A DNA stretch of 64,000 bases, taken from an uncultured delta proteobacterium. Lineage in GTDB: Bacteria; Myxococcota_A; Polyangia; Polyangiales; Polyangiaceae. The notes under the pieces were generated by a model that saw nothing but the letters and a program-made list of their open reading frames with translations, was not told the DNA's origin and did not search any database. The position numbers and the translations under genes are program-made. The stretch's first letter is position 1, and every line of letters begins with the position of its first letter. The DNA is taken from contig CAWKKR010000004.1 in assembly GCA_963850305.1 (NCBI GenBank), positions 544,001-608,000 of the forward strand, in the 5' to 3' direction. Of this stretch, positions 57,346 to 64,000 are shown in pieces.

Positions 57346-57362
57346 GATTTCGGACCGAAATC
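57346..57362. promoter_or_regulatory. Perfect inverted repeat upstream of actA (candidate operator)
   Basis: GATTTCGG-A-CCGAAATC. Confidence 0.4.
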
Positions 57363-57817
57363 CGAAACGCCTCGCCCTGCCCGTCGCGACGAAAGCGCGG
57401 CGAGCTGGAAGAGTTTTGGGGCAGCGGTGGTTGAAGACATCGTGGGAGGTGCCGAGCCCGTCTTTCGGGGGACGGGTGCTGTGCAACCTCGATTCACGCA
57501 GGTCCCGTTCAGGAACCCTTGCAAATCGCGCTGCGATCTCGCGGACGCAGCGCATCGAAGGCTCGCGTCCTTGGCGAACGCGCGTGCCTTAATGACGCCA
57601 ACCGCAAAAAAAGTAAATGACGCGTTCACTGGATGACGCAAGATGCCGAAATCAATCGGCAAATCCGTCGCTCCATCCGTGGAAGGCCGGCCTCAGAGCC
57701 TAGCGATATTTCCGGGCGAGCGCGGAAGTGCGCGGGCGGTCCCCTCGCTGACGTCCGTTGCGGTCGCGACGTAGGCGTCTCACGCGCCGAGCTGCGGCTC
57801 GCCCATTGCGGGTGGAC

Positions 57818-59209
57818 TCAGGTGTCGCGGATCTGTTTCCGGATCTTACCGATGGCTTGCTCCTGAAGCTGACGGATCCGCTCCCTCGACAAGTTGTACT
57901 TGTCGCCGATCTCCTTCAGCGTGAGCTCGTCCTCGTTGTCGAGACCGAACCGCCATCGAATGATGCGCGATTCGATCGGCGTGAGCGTCCCGAGCAATCG
58001 GCGCACTTCTTCTGCCCAGCGCGACGCGGCGAGATTGTCGTAGGGCGACGTTGCGTTGTCCTCGACGAGGAAGTCGATGAAGCGACGGCCGTCCTCGTCC
58101 CCGACGGGACGATCCAGCGAGAACGGCGTCTCGGCGTAAAGCTCGCGCACTTTCTCGAGCTTCTCTCGCGGAACTCCAGTCTCCTTCTCGAGTTCCTCGA
58201 ACGAAGGCTCGCGACCGGTACGCGCGATGATCGTTTGCGTTGCCCGGGCGACGCGATTGTACGTGTCCAGCATGTGAACCGGAATGCGAACGGCGCGCCC
58301 CTTGTCGGCAAGCGCCCGGCTGATAGCATGCCTGATCCACCACGACGCATACGTCGAGAAGCGGTAGCCGCGCGTATGATCGAATCGTTCGACGGCCTTC
58401 ATCAGACCGATGTTGCCCTCCTGGATGAGGTCGATGAGGGGCAGCCGACCGCGGTTGTAGCGGCGAGCGATACTCACCACGAGACGCAGGTTGGCCTTCA
58501 CGAAATGGTTCTTTGCTTCGCGCTGGATCGCATCCGTCGTCTTGATGCGGTCCATGAATCGACGGTAGGCGGACGTGGTGCCCACGCCTGCGAGAACCCC
58601 TTCGACGTCCGGATCCAGATCACCGATCGCACGCACGAGGTGGTCGGCGTTGTACATCCAGATCCGATCCGAATCGGGCAGGCGCACGGATGTCGCGAGC
58701 GTTCTGCTCAAGTCCGTCCATTCGCGCACCTGTGACGCATTCAGTTTGGAGCGCTGCTTCTTGAACACCTTGAGGAGACGGCGAAGCTCGGGAACCTCGA
58801 GCAGGTTTGGGCGTTCCTGCTCGTTCATCGTGAGAACGTCGTGCTCGAGACCGGCAAGGACCGCCTCCGCCACCGGGAGGTACGAGAGAAGCGCCACCCA
58901 ATGCTCAATCTCGGCGTCCTCGACTCCTTGCGCGGCATGAAGCTCCTCGTCCGGGCCCATGACCTGGTGCGTCGCCATTTCGCGGAAGTACCGCGAAAGC
59001 GTGGAGTCGCCCGACACATCGTCGCGAATGACCGCCGGCGGCACCGACTCGGGCGCCTCCGTCGGCGCCGCAGATTCGAAAAATGCTCCTTCGTCCGTCG
59101 GCTCCTCAGGCGCGGGCGCAAAGCCGCTCGAACTCACGCGGACGGCGCTCTCCTCCCCGGGTTCGTCTGCGAGGAAGTCTTCGTTCGCGGTTTCGGCGGT
59201 CTGCGTCAT
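57818..59209 (-). CDS. sigma70-family (RpoD/RpoS-like, probably group 2) sigma factor
   Basis: Region 1.2 [11 protein letters not shown], region 2 [38 protein letters not shown], region 4 [14 protein letters not shown]. Confidence 0.93.
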   Translation of the reverse strand: MTQTAETANEDFLADEPGEESAVRVSSSGFAPAPEEPTDEGAFFESAAPTEAPESVPPAVIRDDVSGDSTLSRYFREMATHQVMGPDEELHAAQGVEDAEIEHWVALLSYLPVAEAVLAGLEHDVLTMNEQERPNLLEVPELRRLLKVFKKQRSKLNASQVREWTDLSRTLATSVRLPDSDRIWMYNADHLVRAIGDLDPDVEGVLAGVGTTSAYRRFMDRIKTTDAIQREAKNHFVKANLRLVVSIARRYNRGRLPLIDLIQEGNIGLMKAVERFDHTRGYRFSTYASWWIRHAISRALADKGRAVRIPVHMLDTYNRVARATQTIIARTGREPSFEELEKETGVPREKLEKVRELYAETPFSLDRPVGDEDGRRFIDFLVEDNATSPYDNLAASRWAEEVRRLLGTLTPIESRIIRWRFGLDNEDELTLKEIGDKYNLSRERIRQLQEQAIGKIRKQIRDT

Positions 59210-59386
59210 CGATCGATCGTTCGTTGGATGCGCAGAACGACCCGAAGCTTGGCGTCGCAGACGCCATCTTCCGAGGGGAATTGAAACGAGCCCCGCGCTG
59301 CGAGAGCCGCTTCGATCGAGTGCCTTTATTGGGTTCTACGAGCATTTGGGTTCATCCGAATTTCGCGACGGGTGGTGGAAAATCAA

Positions 59387-59402
59387 AGCAAACTCCGTGC
59401 CC
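59387..59402 (-). promoter_or_regulatory. sigma54 promoter upstream of the sigma factor gene
   Basis: GGGCACGGAGTTTGCT. Confidence 0.7.
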
Positions 59403-59689
59403 CTCCGGCCGACGGTGCGGCAGCACGATTCCAGGTCGTCATGCGCGCCCGAATCCACCGCCACGCGCCTCATGGTCGAAATAGTGACCCCGACGCGGTC
59501 CGGGCAGGCCGCGGGCGAATGTGCCAGCTACGAAAAAAGTGCGATGAAGCTTCATTTCCTGTCGTCCGTTTTTGACGTGCCGCGAATTCACGTCCTCAGC
59601 CTAATAAGTGCGCTCGCTCATCCTTCGCGGGTCATCGAATGTCGTTACAGCCTGAATGGACCTCTCAAACGTCGCGGCGATCGTCTGGG

Positions 59690-61343
59690 GTGAGAACACT
59701 CGAGCGCGAAGTTCTCTTCGATTTTCTTCACTGCCGCTCCATTTGGATCGGGCTGACGCTCGGTGTCGTCGGTTATTCAGCCGGCCATGCCGGGCTGGCG
59801 CTGTCCGCTGGGGCGCTGGCCCAAGCGATCGGACGAACGCCGCTTTCCCATGATTCAATCGGTCCTCTCGACGGGATCGCGTGGCTAGGCCGATGGTCGG
59901 ATTCGCTCTCGGCACTCTCATATGTCGGTCTCGCGTCCGCACTCGTCAAGGCTGCGGCCGGTGCTAGGCTCGCGCGCGCCGAAACGGAGCTCGGGGCCGC
60001 CGTGGCGGGCAGACTTCGGCTCGACGTGGTCCGACAGCTCCTGAACGAGGGATTTCCGCTTCCGGCGCCGCGAATGCTCGCGTTGCTCGCCGTGCGCATC
60101 CGCGAGGTCGAAGCGGCCGTAACGCGCGGGGTCGTGACTGGACTCCGTTCCATCTCCCAGTTGGTGCCCTTGGGCGCATGTTTGGTGGCTCTGTCGCCGC
60201 AGCTCGCACTCGCCGCCGCGTTCGTGGTGACGCCATTCGCGGTCCTGCTCACCGCGATGCGCGGGCGTTCCCGTCAGGCCAGCGAGCGCGCCCAGACCCA
60301 GATGGAGGAGCTCGAATGCGGCGTGGACGAGCTTGTCCGCAACGCCGACCTTTTCCGCACCTACGGCGCTGGCGCGGACGTGGTCGCCGCCGTCGAACGA
60401 TCTGGCAACGCGGCCGCCGCGTCGACCGCCCACGTCGAGACGATGCGCGCCGCGTTGTCGGGCGCAAATGAAGTGATGGGAGCGCTCGCCGTGGTCGGCG
60501 CCCTCGCGCTGGCGCGGCACTTCGGCGTCGAAGACCGCACTCCGGTGCTGCTGCCGTTCGCGGCCGTCTTCTTCATGGCCTACCGGCCTCTCCGCGACCT
60601 CGGGGACGCGCGCGGCTGGATCGGTCGTGGAACGGTGGCGCTGTCGGCGCTACCACCACCTGTCGGCGCGGGTCCGCAGAGGTCTCGAGCGCGATCGTTT
60701 GTGGAAGGTCGCGCACCGATCGCGGACCTTCGCGGGGTCGGAGCCGCGAATCGTGGACCGCGGACGACGTGCCGCCTCGACAACGGCGAAATCGTCTGCC
60801 TCGTCGGACCCACCGGAAGTGGCAAGACGACGCTCTTTCGGGTGCTCCTCGGGCTGGAGGCGGCGGCGGGCGTGCTCTGCATCGACGGGGTCGACGCCAC
60901 GAACGCCCCATCCGGGCCTGCAGCGCGACCCTTTGCCTGGGTCCCGCAAGACGCGCCCCTCGTCACGGGAACGCTGCACGACAACGTGCTGCTGATGGGC
61001 GGCACCGCGGCCGCGGCGGACGCGGCCCTCGACGTCGTCGGGGCACGACGGGCCGCGGCGCCGGAAGAGAATCGTCGGACCCGGCGGCCGCGCCTTGTCC
61101 GGTGGTGAGCGGCGAAAGGTTGCCATCGCTCGTGCGCTCGTCAGCGGCTTGCCCATCCTCCTGCTCGACGAACCGACCGAGGGCCTGGACGCCGATTCCG
61201 CGCGAGCCGTGCGCGACGCCATTCTCCGGCTGCGAGGGGTGCGGACCGTGTTCATCGCGACGCACCGCGAAGACCTCGTCGCCGTCGCGGATCGGGTCGT
61301 TCGAATCGGCGCGCGCGCGGACGATTCCCTCGCGGCCGAGTGA
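59690..61343 (+). CDS. ABC exporter half-transporter (TMD plus NBD), frameshift near 61050-61095
   Basis: Hydrophobic N-half, Walker A GPTGSGKTT, Q-loop WVPQD, then LSGGERRK and LLLDEPT in ORF 61095-61343. Confidence 0.85.
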
Positions 61344-61345
61344 GC

Positions 61346-62418
<1,073 letters not shown>

Positions 62419-62449
62419 GGCCTCAGCCGGGACCTCGAGCCCGCGACGC

Positions 62450-62806
62450 TCACTTCGGCGGAGCGGCGGGCAGATCGGTGAGCTTCTTGAAGGCGCCCGG
62501 GTCATTCACGGCGAGATCCGCGAGGATCTTTCGATCGAGATCGATGCCTGCGTTCGAGAGAGCGGCCATGAAGCGCGAGTACGTCGTGCCGTTCGCGCGG
62601 CACGCCGCGTTGATGCGCACGATCCACAGGCTGCGAAAGTCGCGCTTGCGAAGCTTCCGGCTCGTGTACTGGTATTCCCACGCCTTCCGGAGCGTCTTCA
62701 CCGCCTCCCGGTAACGGCTGTGGCGGCTCCCGTAGAAGCCTTTGGTCTCTTTCAACACCGCCTTGTGGCGGCGGCGGGGGCCTGGTCCTCGTTTCACGCG
62801 CGACAT
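62450..62806 (-). CDS. rplT: 50S ribosomal protein L20
   Basis: [36 protein letters not shown]. Confidence 0.98.
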   Translation of the reverse strand: MSRVKRGPGPRRRHKAVLKETKGFYGSRHSRYREAVKTLRKAWEYQYTSRKLRKRDFRSLWIVRINAACRANGTTYSRFMAALSNAGIDLDRKILADLAVNDPGAFKKLTDLPAAPPK

Positions 62807-62829
62807 CGGGAGCTCTTCCTCTTGGTCGA

Positions 62830-63027
62830 TCAGCCGTAGGGCAGAAGCAACTTCACGCGCCTCTGGAACGTCGAGTCCACCATATCGTTGTCGCGAAGGC
62901 GACGCCGGCGCTTCCTGGATTTGCCGATCATGTTGTGCTGCGCGCCGCCCTTCGGACGGCGAACGCGGCCCTTCCCGGTCACCTTGAAACGCTTCGCGGC
63001 GGCGCGGTTCGTCTTCATCTTGGACAT
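62830..63027 (-). CDS. rpmI: 50S ribosomal protein L35
   Basis: [26 protein letters not shown]. Confidence 0.97.
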   Translation of the reverse strand: MSKMKTNRAAAKRFKVTGKGRVRRPKGGAQHNMIGKSRKRRRRLRDNDMVDSTFQRRVKLLLPYG

Positions 63028-63292
63028 GGGAGGGGCGGACTTATGGCGGACCACGCCCGTCCCGTCAAGCGGATGGCCGCTCGCGCTTCGCGGATTGCAG
63101 GATGCTCGGCTCTGGGACGCCTCGCCCGCACCCGTCGTCGCGCGCTTCCCGCTCGACGGGTGTTCAGTCGACGAACACCCGGATTTACCGGCCGTTGCCG
63201 CGCCCCGGGCGTTAGTCTACGTCGCTTCCCGAGCGGGCGCGCCACCCGCGCCCCTTCACCTGGCGTAATCGCCGAGATCGAGGTCCAACCGG

Positions 63293-64000
63293 ATGCCCAC
63301 TTTCGAAGCCCCGAAATCGGGGGACGCCGTCGCGATGTCATCCTCGGGGGCGCTCGTCGTCCCGGACCATCCTATCCTGCCTTTCATCGAGGGCGACGGC
63401 ACGGGCCCCGATATCTGGCGCGCGTCACAAGCGGTCCTCGATGCGGCGGTCGAGAAAGCCTACGGCGGCAAGAAGAAGATCGCCTGGTACGAGGTCTACG
63501 CCGGTGAAAAGGCGAAGAAGCAATTCGACGACTGGCTCCCCGAGGCGACGATCGACGCTTACCGGAAGTACCTCGTCGGGATCAAAGGGCCGCTCACGAC
63601 GCCGGTCGGCAAAGGGCATCCGCTCGCTCAACGTCGCGCTCCGACAGCAGCTCGATCTTTACGTGTGTCTCAGCGCCGGTGCGGTGGTTCACGGGCGTGC
63701 CCGAGCCCGGTGAAGGCACCCGGCGACGTCGACATGGTGATCTTCCGCGAGAACACCGAGGACATCTACGCCGGCATCGAGTGGCAAGCCGAGACGCCGG
63801 AGGCGAAGAAGATCATCGCGTTTCTCCAGAACGAGATGGGCGTGAAGAAGATCCGGTTCCCGGAGACGAGCGGCATCGGCATCAAGCCCGTGTCGCGCGA
63901 GGGCACCGAACGCCTCGTGCGGGCGTCGATCGAATACGCGCTCCGGTTCAAACGGAAGAGCGTGAACCTCGTCCACAAGGGCAACATCATGAAGTTCACG
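63293..64000 (+). CDS. icd: NADP-dependent isocitrate dehydrogenase, partial (runs off window; frameshifts near 63610-63705)
   Basis: Own translation: [67 protein letters not shown]. Confidence 0.95.
   Translation, partial: MPTFEAPKSGDAVAMSSSGALVVPDHPILPFIEGDGTGPDIWRASQAVLDAAVEKAYGGKKKIAWYEVYAGEKAKKQFDDWLPEATIDAYRKYLVGIKGPLTTPVGKGHPLAQRRAPTAARSLRVSQRRCGGSRACPSPVKAPGDVDMVIFRENTEDIYAGIEWQAETPEAKKIIAFLQNEMGVKKIRFPETSGIGIKPVSREGTERLVRASIEYALRFKRKSVNLVHKGNIMKFT

Overview
High-GC (roughly two-thirds by eye) bacterial chromosome segment, most likely a Polyangia-type myxobacterium (Myxococcota), judged from a TIGR02266-type PilZ protein, membrane Ser/Thr kinases, a triple-DsbA protein and an ACIII-caa3 operon. 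Many genes carry small indels, including the normally essential pheS, which points to an error-prone long-read or metagenome assembly rather than pseudogenes. Three blocks are visible. (1) 1-23.8 kb: a hypoxia/fermentation/stress cluster (CBS protein, PfkA, PFOR plus a DHOD-like flavoprotein, two FAD oxidoreductases, beta-PGM plus GH65 phosphorylase, group 3b [NiFe]-hydrogenase, USP, acyltransferase, Hsp20, PCM-erythromycin-esterase fusion). It ends at tRNA-Arg(CCG), and several units have sigma54 -24/-12 promoters. (2) 23.9-45 kb: signalling and envelope genes (PilZ proteins, kinases, triple DsbA preceded by a secreted leader ORF ending in RPPR, MATE, a TatT/TatP-type TRAP system, pyrG, dacB). 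(3) 45-64 kb: alternative complex III plus A2-type caa3 oxidase, an alternative sigma70-family factor, an ABC half-transporter, pheS-rplT-rpmI and the start of icd. Best leads: a candidate arrest-peptide leader (signal peptide, two Cys, C-terminal IYRPPRG) upstream of the triple DsbA, and a DosR-regulon-like dormancy gene set apparently wired to sigma54. All calls come from reading motifs by eye; no database searches were run.
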